This document shows, piece by piece, positions 46,209 to 58,863 of a stretch of DNA of 64,000 nt. The stretch lies in NCBI GenBank assembly GCA_951406725.2, contig OX597818.1, forward strand, positions 145,700,001 to 145,764,000, written 5' to 3'. How positions within the stretch are numbered: position 1 is the stretch's first letter; every line of letters starts with the position of its first letter. Source of the stretch: Octopus vulgaris. Its lineage: Eukaryota. Both the position numbers and the translations under genes were made by a program. The notes under the pieces are model-generated. The model was not told where the DNA came from. It saw only the letters and a program-made list of their open reading frames with translations, and ran no database searches.

Positions 46209-47552
46209 TTATTTATTTATTTATTTATTTATGTGTCTGTAGATGTACGCGTGCATGAGTGCCTGAGCGTATAAATTAATAACAGGAGAAAAAGAAAATA
46301 TATATGTGTGTGTGTGTGTATGTATGTATGTATACACATACACGTTTAGCGTGCATTCCTAGTTGTTGAGGTTTGCTACAATTTGCAACAGTGTTTTATT
46401 TTATCCCTTTCTTTCTTTGCATATTTGAGTGTTTTCGACAATTAAAGAGGCTTTACAAGCCATTTATAACGGTACTTTGTTTAGCTATGTAAATACATGC
46501 ACCGCGTTTTAGCTTTCGGTTATGCAATATTGGTTTTGTACTTCTATTCTTGCTTATTTTCTGGCTATATTTTATCTCATGCAATTTGTAAACCATAACG
46601 TTTCCCGTTTGTGTGTTGAGCTGCTGATTCTATTCTTTCTGATCCTCCTTTTCGGGTCGTTGTATGAGGTTTGAAATTAAGATACTTAAGTGCTTCTTTT
46701 TTTATTTAATTTTTAACTGAATCTCTGAAGGGCTCTAGAGTTTGATATGTCATATGATGTATTATTGTATCTCAATTGACCAGCTACTTACTTTCTTCAG
46801 CTGGGTAAAACAATAACAATGTTAATGAATCGCATCGCCCTTAAATGTTCCTTGTTGCACAAGTCTATAATCAGAGGAAAATTCACAATAAAAAGAACCC
46901 CCCAAAAAAAACGTAAGGCGAAGACGGGTGGTTTAGACAACAAACCGATGTATTGGTTTAACGCTCGGGATCTTAACTACAATGTCTGAAAGAAAAAAAA
47001 ACTGGATGGTTAAAGTTAGAGTCTCTTTGATCATGTCTCCTGGATCAGAGAAGACCTGGTGCTAAAGAACTACAATATCTAACCCAATGCCAAAAAAGTT
47101 TCCTTAGATTATAATCTAAGTGACTCAAGAAAAAATACGTATATAAAATATCAACAATATTTCAATACCTCTTGTATTGTTATCAACATAACCTTACAAA
47201 AAGTGGAATAATTTCAATATTGTTCATAGAAACCTCTTCTGCCTTTTTTAAAAATTTCTTTCTTTCTTTCCCCGTTCTTACCAAAACAAAGAAAATTATT
47301 CCTCTACCCTAGACTTTATAGCTTTGAAAGATTAATTCGAATTTACTTCATATATACATATGCGCGTGTATGTGTGTGTGTGTGTGTTATGTCTCTAAGT
47401 GATACGATTTCTTTTGCTTGATGATTATATGCAAATATGAAAATAGCATTGGGAAAATCTGAAATGCCGTTAGTGAATTTCTTTTAAATATGGAATTACT
47501 TGTGTTTGTAACACATAATAAGATCTATAAAAAGCAATATATATATATATAA

Positions 47553-47599
<47 letters not shown>

Positions 47600-48350
47600 C
47601 AGACAGACTGACAGAGAAAGAGGGGGTAGATGAAAAAATATATTAGCTCTATTCAAAGGAATTTTTCACATTTTGAAATATGGAATTAGAATTCAATTTT
47701 CATCCTATTTCCCAAGAGTTGCTTCATATCCTTTCATATCTGAAAAGGAATCCCTTTACAGTTTGATACTATTTTTAAAATGTAATTTGAGATGTCTCTG
47801 AAGATGAAATGAAGAAACTATTCTTGAAATTACACCAATTGAATCAATCGTATTTATTTTTTCCCCTGAAGTCTTAATATGTTGTTTGCAAACTAACCTT
47901 ATTACTTGTGGCACTCTGCCAGCGAATTGTCTGTGTTCGGGACTATTTATATTTACTTTAGAAATACTTAGAACTTTTGTTATAACACAAAGAATCAAAC
48001 ATTTTTTTTTTCATATTTTTATTATTATACGATGTGATTTCATAAAACTTGCACTAAAATATGAATATCTTTTGAAACAATAGTTAATGAGAAAAGAATT
48101 CATAGACTTAAGAGTCTTCAAGTTTCTTCCGAGACCAAGAGTGAAATAAAAAAATGTACGATGCACTGTTAGTTATATCCCACGCTATTTTGAGGTAAAC
48201 AAATCTTGGGACTATTAAAAATATAATATAAACAAATTTTCATGAAAGTTATGAGCGATGGTTCATCAACAACATAAAGGATTTGCAAATCCATTATGTT
48301 GTTGATGAACCATCGCTCATAACTATATATATATATTGTGTGTGTGTGTG

Positions 48351-48646
48351 TGGAGGCGCAATGGGTTAGGGCAGCGGACTCGCGGTCGTAGGATCGCGGT
48401 TTCGATTCCCCGACCGGGCGTTGTGAGTGTTTATTGAGCGAAAACACCTAAAGCTCCACGAGGCTCCGTCAGTGGGTGGTGGTGATCCCTGCTGTACTCT
48501 TTCGCCACAACTTTCTCTCACTCTTTCTTCTGTTGGCCTGCTCGCTTAGCCAGCCGGGTGGCGTCATTTGAAGGCTAAAACCAATGCGAAGCGCATTGTG
48601 ACCAGCGATGTGTAGCAACATCTGATAGCCTGGTCGGTCACATGAT

Positions 48647-48654
<8 letters not shown>
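48351..48654 (+). mobile_element. SINE family C (tRNA-like head)
   Basis: GGAGGCGCAATGG..GGTTTCGATTCCC head; its 3' 115 bp are nearly identical to 13990-14104. Confidence 0.85.
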
Positions 48655-48694
<40 letters not shown>

Positions 48695-49226
48695 GACAGT
48701 TACGGAACTGAGTAGATAAAATCCAGGCTACATATGTTTCATAGCAAGCGGAACCTCAGAACTGGTAAATATGCAAGCGAGTTGCATACCGCAGACTACT
48801 TTTCAGGCCAAGATATACACCTCGCGTGGATACTTACCACTTCCGAGGTTCTGCTTGCTATGAAACATATGTAGGCCGGATCTTATTTATTCCATTCTGT
48901 AACTCTTGTATTCTTATTCGCATACCTGGCAACCCTGGTCGTCTACTGTGAAATATAAAAAGAGGTCTTTTTGAGTTTATCGTACTTCGATACGAAAGAA
49001 ATTCACAACCTTCCGTCTCAATAAAGTACTATTGTCCCTAAAAGTTGTTTTTTTATATTAATTGTGGATTGGATTGTTTGAAGCTAACTTTCTTCCTACA
49101 GCTCGATACCTGGATCTTACACCTATAGTCACGCGTGCGCACGCGCACACACACACACATGTCTTCATGTCCAAGAATCGAACCCATAATCTTTTGATTT
49201 CATACACGAGCAACTATTTGACCATG

Positions 49227-49288
<62 letters not shown>

Positions 49289-51869
49289 TCTTAACTATTT
49301 GACCACGCGCGCGTGTGTGTATGAACGTGCATGGTCAAACAGTTACGGATTCGTGTCTGCAATCAAAAGATCATGGGTTCGATTCTTGGACCGAGCATTC
49401 TTCTGATTAAATTTTTCAAATTTCTCACTGGAGAAGGAGCTGCTGTCTAACTCAGCTGTGCATGCACGCACGTGTATGTGTGTATGTGTATACATGCGTG
49501 CACACATGGACGCCACATGGACATATATATAAAGATACGTGTTTACATGTCTATACATGTGTATATACTCATTCTTCACGCTAAATTTCGGGAATGTTGT
49601 GCATATTCCACAGTGTTTTTGATGGCTTAAAGCTGTAATTTCGTAACAATTTGTTCCTTCCAGTTTTGTGAAACCCAGCTTCTCAGAAGTGTGTAATTCA
49701 TATCCATGTTGCTCAATAATTATAGGCAGAAATCTGAAGCCACAGTTCTACTGAAGAAATTGTTTATTTTTCTTTAGCTAGAAATAGATTATTATTTTTT
49801 TTTTTTTTGCTTTACTTTGCTCACTTGTATTATGTTAACTCTTCTGGGCAATTGATATCGACTGCTGGGCACAGTTTCTTCTATTCCATACCACAATGCT
49901 TGGTCTGTTATGCCTGCATTTTAATAATGCGTTGACAGTAACATTAAACTAGTAGCGTTTCGTATTATGAATGATTATACTCTTTACATCACTGTCACCT
50001 CTTATCTGTTTACCTTTGGGTTTATTCTTTCTACAGATTGTTTTCTACAATATTTTGGTCATGACATCTTGCCTTCATGTGTAGATAAGTCTGTGATAGC
50101 ATTCTCGGACAGCTACCTAAAATACGAGTGACATTCTTAGTGTTAATTCCATAGAATTTACGTCGATTATCGCATATAAGATGCACATGCATCCATATCA
50201 CTTTCGTACAACAGGTATTTCGTTGTTATTTCTTGCTCCAATATTGCTAAAGAATATCCTTCAAAGTGAAAGGTAATACTCTGGTTAATTATCCAAGGTA
50301 GATTACTTTCGCTTTGTTGCTATCACTTTACAGGTTTTGTGAAACAAAGCTATGATTGACCTTATGATCTACCGCGGTAGAGTTGTGTAACTTCCCTCGG
50401 CGTGTATTCCTGCTCGCGAGACAGAGAAGAGCTTCCAATGAGTGCCTTTCTTACTCTCATGAATATATTTGCCTTATGATTTTTATATTTGATCCATAGA
50501 ATCACTTCGACACTTATCAATTACTAAATGTTATCAAAGATATATGATTCGACATTCCAGTGCTGCTTGAATTGTTGCTAAACCCATGTCATGTTGTTGT
50601 CATTTTAAGAAGAATCGTTCTTCTTAATTGTTGAATTGAAAATTTCTGGTTTGGATTTAGAATTTCCAGGTGTTATCGTTTAAACCCCAGATCTCATCTA
50701 GCGCCCAATCGGCAAGCCCAAATGTTGGTATAAGTATTGGTACAGCAAATTAAGTGGCGGGCTACTTATATATTGAATGCAAAAAGTCCTGAGAAAAATC
50801 TTTTGTTATTCTGATCTCATATTCTCCGGTTATGAGTTCCTTGTTATGAGTCCCATAATGGAATAATATTTTTATCCATCCATAAGCACCTGTATATCGA
50901 GCAAAAGGTCATTGGCAATCTTATCAAGGCTCTCTCTTTCATACCAGTATGCTTGACACATACTCTCAGATCGTCTACAAAATAAAATGCAACGTTTAGG
51001 TTCGTATTTCTGTTTGCCTGTGAGCCAGCCACATACTCTCAGATTTCCTCAACAAGAAAAGGGAAAAACATTGGACGAAACAAAAGAAAAAGGAGGAAAC
51101 AGTATTAAAAGTATAAACAGTATCACAAAGATTTAAACCTTGAAATATACTCCTGCGGTGCTGTATCCTATCAAAGACAACAGAACTATTTCCTGTGTTT
51201 AACCAAAAGAGCAATATTGTAATTTTCAGCCAGACTCTGCGTAGCGTCGTTTGTGACTTATTGTTATAAGCCATCCTACGGGTTTCAACTGTGTTTGTCA
51301 ACTTCATTTCCCCTTCAGTGTTTACAAGCGAAAATGAAACGCGATATGATCGAATTCGTGACATCATGATAGGGAAGAAAAATGTTAAACGTTCAACCAA
51401 CTGTATGCCCATACGTATTTACATACGAACACCTATCTATCTATCTATTTATATTGATTTTATTTCATATTCTTGCGATAATATTGTGAAGAAATTAAAT
51501 TTAATTAAACTTATTTACTTAGGAAACTAATTAAATTCTTGATTTCTGTAATTCTTTTTCTGACTTTTTTTTCTAAAATATTTATTGATTTTTTGAATTC
51601 CACAAGTTAAAGATTTAGATAATGATCAAGCAACCTTAATTTACTTTTATAAGGTATATATGTATGTATATATATATATATATATTTGTTTGTTTTATTT
51701 AATTACTACCGTTGTATTGTTCCCTATGAAGCCTTAGATATATGAGGACACCAATATTAATGAAAATGTAACAACCTTGTATGTCTTTTCTCTTTTGTTT
51801 TGGTTTCTTTAGTTCATTTGTTTGTTTGTTCTAACCGGGCGACTTATTTTATCGTATATCTCTTTGTAG

Positions 51870-52609
51870 GACGTGAAAACCAGGATTCACAAACCTTTAA
51901 AAGACCGCTGACCTGAAAACATTTGAACAACGCATCAAATGCAGGGAAAAGTTCTAAAGATATTAAAGAGGAATATTATCATATTGTGAAGAAAAGGCAA
52001 CGCGAGGAAAGGAATCAGCCATTTGGGAAAGAGCAGAAAGTGGAACACTATTAATGGATGTTAAAGAATTAAACACCTGAAACTATTCGAATTTGTAAAT
52101 TTGCAAACAGTCAAAATAAAAAGAAACAATTTCTTGTCTTGATGAGTTCGTCAAGAAATATCTATAACCTAATCATATGCGCAACCATTTATTGGTTATA
52201 AACGGATTCCAAAAAAGAAAGCTTTTTTGTATATATACTTGTATATAAATTTATATACACTAATATATATATATATGTGTGTGTATATCTATATGTAAAT
52301 ATCTGGAAGACCATATATTCTTGGAATTAATATTATCTAAGAAAAGTTGGGCAATGTCAAACTAAAGAAGTTCCTATCACTGATGCTAACTAAAATTGCA
52401 GAAACAAAAATTATTCCACGCCCTTGTTTATCTCACTCCTTAACGGCAATCTCACTCCTAAGTCTCTTATAAAAGTGTTCATTCCAGTATAGGTATTGTA
52501 GTAACCTATGTCGTTTTAAGCAAAACTCTTCTGTCAAGTCAACTATCACTGTAACACAAATTTTCCCCGTTTTACTCTGCTCTAAAATACTGCTCCAACG
52601 TTGCTAGCC
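51870..52609 (+). other. Candidate 5'UTR portion of the exon carrying the start codon
   Basis: Acceptor tctctttgtag|G at 51868-51869 with CTAAC branch-like motif at 51831-51835 and a T-rich tract. An alternative acceptor ttgctag|CCATG at 52606-52607 is also possible. Confidence 0.45.
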
Positions 52610-52812
52610 ATGAGGCCAGGCATCCACGCCACTGTGCTGCGAAGTAGGCACCAGCGACACAGACGACATTATCCACCAAGAGCGAATGCCTTTTCAACAA
52701 AAAGATTCCTTATTCTAGTGTTCCTCGGTTTTTCAGTCTTAATACCGGGTATAGCTCTCAGTGTGATTGGATTCCAGCCGGAAGAAAAGCACTACTCAGA
52801 GGATCAGAAAAG
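52610..52812 (+). CDS. First coding exon of an unidentified membrane protein (basic N-terminus plus one TM helix); the gene continues beyond this exon
   Basis: GCCATG start context; non-repetitive reading frame MRPGIHATVLRSRHQRHRRHYPPRANAFSTKR-FLILVFLGFSVLIPGIALSVIGF-QPEEKHYSEDQK; ends at AAG|GTAAAA splice donor (GT 52813-52814, phase 2); higher GC than flanks. No second coding exon recognised in the window. Confidence 0.75.
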
Positions 52813-53199
52813 GTAAAAATACGATGAAAATACCTTCATACAATTATCTTCTTTTTCTTCTTCTTATTATTATCATTATGAAGATATTTATACTTTATTA
52901 AAAATAGCCACCTTTATTTCACAATTAATTTTAAATTGTTTTTGTTGTTATCATTCATTATTAACGTTCAGTTCCTATTTTAATTTTCTATTAACTTTTT
53001 GCTTATAATTCTAATTAACTTGACTGCTTAATTTAAAATGCATTATCCTTATTATTTCGTTTGTTTTAATATTTTTTTATGCAAGTAAAACTTTGCTTAT
53101 TTAAACGTCTCTCCTTATTTGGTAACTCTCTGCCTGTTCCTCTCTTCATTCTCTCCTGCTTTGCTGCATGTTGCTTTTCATCTTCCCATCTGCTTTTCT

Positions 53200-54065
53200 A
53201 CGTACATGACGCTCCCAATCATTATCTTCTTGCTGCTTCTACATCCAGTATAAACCATCAAACACAACACATATTGAGAACATACTTACAGAGCAGCTTA
53301 CAAATGAAATCGCAACAATTACTGCCGCAGTTGAATAATTGCAACTTTCTACGTATTAATCGAATCGTACTGTATTATATATCCATTACGGCCGATCTTA
53401 CCAAATATTTTCGCACTCGGATTTCAACGGAGATAACAGTCCGATTACGTAATCCTGTGCTCTTCAGTAATTATGTAATGAAATATGGCGATTGCTCTCA
53501 ATTTTTGGAGGTGAAAAGACATCTAGTTGGTGGTTGCTGTGAAAAAGATAACGATATGAACCGAGCAAGGGTTAAGTTAAGAATTATGTTCTTTGGTGCC
53601 AAAACACCGAGTTTGGAGGTGTTGCAAGGTGACAAGAGTTTTGAGGAAAATTATGTAAGGGAAATGTATTCGTGTTTTAGAGTTGGTGTTCTTATAGAGT
53701 TGGAACATGTGTAGTAGTATTATATGTGTAGCATTTTCGTGGGAGCAAGTTGTTGGGTGGGTGCCCAAAGGCCACATGAGCATCTGTGTGTTCGTCTGGG
53801 TGTTTTGTTAATGTTTTCGTTAAACTCTTTGGTTAAATTCTTTGGAGCATTTCTGTAATATGCAATGTGTGTAGGGTTACTCTATGTGTGGGAGATTATT
53901 TTGTGGGTCTGGAAAAGGGTCCATCGAGTTGATTCCCCCTGAGGTAGGGCGTGTGTGTGTGTTTCTGAGTATGTTCTGGTCAAACTCTTTGCTGGATCCC
54001 CAGGTATTGGTGGAGGGAGGACCGAAGTAGGGGGAGTGGCTGTTTTGGTCACGATAGAGCACACA
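53200..54065 (-). mobile_element. Penelope-like element remnant (post-RT linker and 3' region)
   Basis: Minus strand HTHALP..RWTLFQ..NPTHIAYYRNAPKNL..RCSCG resembles the PLE RT-to-endonuclease linker (TYHP.L..W.LLQ..P.IAY.R..NL); followed by a hammerhead motif. Boundaries approximate. Confidence 0.5.
53398..53470 (-). ncRNA. Type I hammerhead ribozyme-like motif with long stem II
   Basis: Minus strand TTA-CTGAAGA-GCAC a GGATT acgtaat CGGA ctgttatc TCCG ttga AATCC ga GTGC-GAAA-ATAT-TT-gg-TAA: both core boxes intact, nested stem II, palindromic stem III AATATT; stem I short and imperfect. Confidence 0.65.
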
Positions 54066-54195
54066 CATATATATATACATGTGCATGTCTATTTGTACAT
54101 GTGCGTGTGTATATGTACTTCAATAGCGATTTGATCGACTAAACCTGCAAAATAGCGCCACTGTCTGGTCATAATGACATAAATGACATAAATAG

Positions 54196-57100
54196 TTTTA
54201 TATCCTAGACAACCGTTGGATATATCATTTAACGATGTGGAGGTAAAATCACAAGATTGGGAAGATGGAGAAGAAACAAAAAGAAGTGGCAAAATGACAT
54301 ATATGACAAGAGGCGAAAAATGGGAACAGAAAAGGCATTTAAACCAGCTAAAAAAATTAAATATATGGAAAAAAGAAAAGTGATACCCATGGAAGGATAT
54401 AAAACCTTCGCGAGACTCCAAAACGCCCTCTCAACAACTACTACCGACCTGTCTCAACCAATGTGCTAATCTTTGTTAGAGTTCGGCTAGTCCATTCTTC
54501 CAATCCCTCAGGAGTGTCAATGACTCGCACCAGAACATCTCCTCCTTTGAAATTGACTTCCGTTGCAAGTTAATATTATTATTTTTATTTATTCTTCTCT
54601 CATTACATCTCCCTTTTTGAGATTTTTCTCCTAAGAAAGTTTAATATTTCTTCCGTTTAGGCACTACTTCCAACCGTTCTGTTTGTTTCCTCTTCCTAGT
54701 GTTGCTACGCCTAGGTTTGATTTTTTTGTGGCGTTGGAACATCAAATGTGTCATAGAACACTTCCATGGGTATCTTTTCTTTTTTCCGTATATCTATTTT
54801 TTAACTGGTTTGAATGTCTTTTCTGTTCCCATGTTCGCCTCTTATCATATATGTCATTTTGCCTATTCTTTTTGTTACTACTCCGTCTTCCTAATCTCGT
54901 CTTCCATGTATATATATTTTGAAAGACACTTTGTCACAGATATTAAATTGCATTGTCGTATATTTAGTGTTTTCCCTATTTGTTTTTCTTACTGTTAGCA
55001 GCTTGTCGAAAACTGACTTTAGTTTTCGAGCAAACATTTGTTCCGCAAGCGACTTAACTGAAAAAGAGTTTGGGTTTGGTGTTATCCTATAAACCCTCAA
55101 GAATTGTCAACGCTGAGTCATCGACTAGCTCGATTCTCGATTTCTTTAATGCTCTCTTAAATGTATCCACGAATCTTTCCGCTTGCCCGTTTTATCTTAG
55201 GTGATACGGAGGAGTAGAGATATATTCAATTGAGTACATGTTGCACAAATTCTTAAATTCATTCGCTGTGAGCCTATGGTATCCGAGACACCATACCTAG
55301 CAAAAAGTTCGTGTAGAAATATCACAGTTACCGTGGATGTCGGTTTTCTACATTTACATATTTCTGGCCATTTTGAAAAGCTATCTATCACTATCAGATA
55401 ATATGATCGGTTTAACGATCCTGCGAAATCTGTGTATTCTGGACCATGAAATATCGGTCTTGGACCAAGGTTGAAATTTTATAAGTGGTGATTTCACTGC
55501 AAGAGCACAACCTCTGCAGGATTTTACCAGCTTCTCAAAACCTAAATCCATTTTTGGCCAATAAGCATAAATCCTCATAAACGACTTCACCCTAGATAAT
55601 TCCTGGATGACCAATGTGGGACTCCTTTAACATTCGACCTTAAGTGAGGTAGGCATAACGATCCTCTGTGCATACATAAGCACATTATCACATATCATAT
55701 ACAAATTCGAAACTGTATTACGTTCAGCCACACGTATTTTTTTTATTTGTTTCTTCTGATCTCTGCCTTAATTTTTATTTCCTCCAACGTCACAGGCAAT
55801 TCGCGCACAACATTGCACGATACATTTTTAATTTCATTTTCGGCTTTTAACGCTGCTATCACTGCATCTTCTAGTGGCTCACTGTATATTGGTATTAACT
55901 TGACAAACCATCTGTATGTCATAGTTTTTTCGATGGCAAATACTCCATTTTGAAGTCGTAATTCGGTAGGATCGTTCCCCATCGCTGCAACCTATTGGCT
56001 GTATGTGTGGGGATATAGGCGGCGAGCTGGCAGAAACGTTAGCACGCGGGGCGAAATGATTAGTGGTATTTCGTCTGCCGCTACGTTGAGAGTTCAAATT
56101 CCGCCGAGGTCGTCTTTGCCTTTCATCCTTTCGGAGTCGATTAAATAAGTACCAGTTACGCACTGGGGTTGATATAATCGACTAAATCTGTTCGTCTGCC
56201 CTTGTTTGTCCCTTCTGTGTTTAGCTCCTTGTGGGTACTAAAGAAATATGTATGTGTGTGGATACCCTTTTTTGATCCATAGATCGACAATAATGGGCGG
56301 TGGTCTGTCTACATACGGAAACTTCTTCCATGTATAAATTTATGGCATTTTCCGACCAATTCCACTTGACATCTTTTTTTAACAAGTTATTCAGGGGTGC
56401 TCTTAAACCGTGCATATTCGGTATGTATACCTGGTAGTAATTTGCGAGCCACAAAAATGCTTGTAACGTTTTAATGTTTATCGACAGAGGCATATCTTTT
56501 ATTACACTCGCCCTAGACTGGTCTTGTCTACACCCATTATCGTCAATAATCTGCCTTAGACATTATATTCTTCGCATTAAAAACTTCACACTTTTCCTCG
56601 CTGAGCTTAAACCCATAATCTTTTATTCTTTCGAAGACCATTTTAATACGCTCAGCATGCTGACCCCGAGATTCACTTTTTGGGAGTAATTCGTCAAGGT
56701 AAGCTACAGCGGAGTCCGAACCTGTGAACATAATGTCTGTAACTTACTGATACCAAAGGGGAGTCGATTAAATTTATAGAACTCTTTATGGTTATTTATT
56801 GTCAATAATTTTGAACATTCCTCATCGACTTTTACCTGCAAATATGCTTCAGATAGGTTCAGCTTTGAAAAAAAACTTCTCAATTCAACTTCGCGAAAAT
56901 TTCCTCCGAACTTGGTTACGGGCAATTATATGGCATCAAACACTCGTTTAATACCGTTGAAAAATCAGCGCATCCTCGGATTTTATTATTTATTATTTAT
57001 TTATTTTTTTGTTTCCTTGACATAAACTGTTGGGGACGCCCATTTTGTGTAATCTATTTTTTTAATAACGCCAAGCTTTTCAAGTATATCCACTTCCTTA

Positions 57101-58819
57101 ACTTGTTTCAATGCTGCGAAAGGTACCGTTCTTTTTTGTCTAAAAACCAGTGCTTTCTTTCACTTGAAACTTCGCCTTTGTTTTGGTGCAAAGACCCATC
57201 TCATCAGAATAAAACTTCAGGAAAAATTTTTTAATTATTTTTTTTTAAATGCTCCGACGCCTTATTTGTACTGGCGTTTTACAAAAAATATTTATGGTGA
57301 GGTCCCATAATTTAAATAATTCCATCCAGTCTGTTCCAAATAAATTTGTCGTATTTTTCAACACAAAAACTTTGGCCTTCAAGATATTTCCACGAAATGT
57401 AACATCACTTATCATTTCGCCCATAAAATGCAATTTTTTTCCTGAAAAACCTCGCGCAATTTTCGAAGTTTCCTTTAATCTAGGTTTCCCTATTTTCTTC
57501 CATGCATCTGTATTAATAATCGTGATATCACTGTCCGTATCCAATTGTAACTTGATATTCACATTATTCATTTCTATGGACACAAATTTTCTTCTCTGAT
57601 CCTCGCTTAGAATTTTTAGTAACAATACATTCTTTCTAGAATTTTTTTGTTTGACCCTTTTTTTTTCGTTTCGCTATACGATGTGAGCTTTTATGTCCGA
57701 GTTTTCCACACTCAAAACATTTATGATTTTTAAAAGGATAATTACTTCTAAAATGTAAACCTCTGCATCCATAGCATAGATTTGGTCTTGACGTTCGTTT
57801 TTTCAGGTCGAAACGCATGTATCTGATAGCAAATTATTTCTTCAATTTTATCCGCGTCATGTCTTAAATTTATAATCCTCTGGCATTCAGCCACTACTTG
57901 TAGAGTTAATTTTGGGGTCTGTTCTAATTTTGTTAATATACGGGAACGCATATCAGCATCTTTTCTTGCGGTTAACCCTTGAACAAAAATTAGACATTTG
58001 AATAAATCCAGGGTTAATTTATTTAATTTGAACTTTTCACACTCTCTGTTAACGACCCCAGCATAGGTGACGAAATCTTCATAGTCTGTTTTAACTAAAT
58101 TTAAACATTGCCAATGAGTATTGAACAGGGAAATTCTTTCACTGAAAGTTCTAGATAACAATTTAATTGTTTCATCGAAGCAAATCTCACCTGGTTTCTT
58201 TGGCAGAATATTATTACAGTAATTTTGTGTTCGGCAGGAGATAACTTTCTTAAAAGTAGTCGCACTTTCTTCTTGCCATTCCAGTTTTTATATTCTTCTT
58301 TGAGGATTCCTTCAAAACTTCTAAAGTATGCAGAAAAAGTAGTACCTTCTTCTGGATTATAAATAAATTCTCCAACTGAGTTTGCTACGACGTCTAACGA
58401 GAACGAATCTGAAGTACTTTCAAACTTCAACAACATCATTTCCAGTAGCCCTTGGTATTGTTGTTGCTGTTGTAGTTGTTTTTATAACTGCAGTTGTTGT
58501 TGTTGTTGCAACTGCATCACGCAAGCCAATAAATCTTCCATGTTAATGATCTTTTTCTTTGATTTCGTATCAAGAAAAGAATTTAACGTCCGATGCAAGC
58601 TTCGAATATCTCGTCGCCACTTTTATATCCCAGACGAACGTAGGATATATAATTTAACGAAGTGGAGGTAAAATCAATGTTCTCTAACGACGTATTTCGC
58701 GAGACTCCAAAACGCCCTCTCAACGACTACTACCGACTTCTATCTCAACCAACACGCTACTCTTTATAGGAGTCCATTCTTCCAATCTCCCAGGAGTATC
58801 AATGACTCTCGCCACAACA
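54196..58819 (-). mobile_element. Ty3/Gypsy LTR retrotransposon, full span but degenerate (gag-PR-RT-RNaseH-IN pseudogene)
   Basis: Two LTRs (58621-58819; 54196-54537 with an insertion); minus-strand PBS TGGCGACGAG (58610-58619); PPT TTCAAAGGAGGAGA (54538-54551); 5-bp TSD AATAG both sides (54191-54195, 58820-58824). Gag knuckle CFECGKLGH, protease QLDTDSDIT, RT FSKLNLSEAYLQ..YKFNRLPFGI..AYLDE, integrase YWPKMD..VKSCRGC and IDSFSKWPE, in Gypsy order; many frameshifts. Confidence 0.95.
56016..56248 (+). mobile_element. SINE family A, full length, inserted in the Gypsy pol
   Basis: GGCGGCGAGCTGGCAGAA head, B-box GAGTTCAAATTCC, core GCCTTTCATCCTTTCGGAGTCGAT; 16-bp TSD TGTATGTGTG(G/T)GGATA (56000-56015, 56249-56264). 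Confidence 0.9.
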
Positions 58820-58863
58820 AATAGAACGAGAATAAAACATACGCATAATATATGTATCTATTT

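Noticed and set aside
50368-50381. 14-bp palindrome TCTACCGCGGTAGA
   Set aside because: Short enough to occur by chance in 64 kb; no supporting context.
53079-53714. 211-aa plus-strand ORF as the next exon of the gene
   Set aside because: No recognisable domain or convincing splice context; it overlaps the antisense of the Penelope-like remnant and hammerhead.
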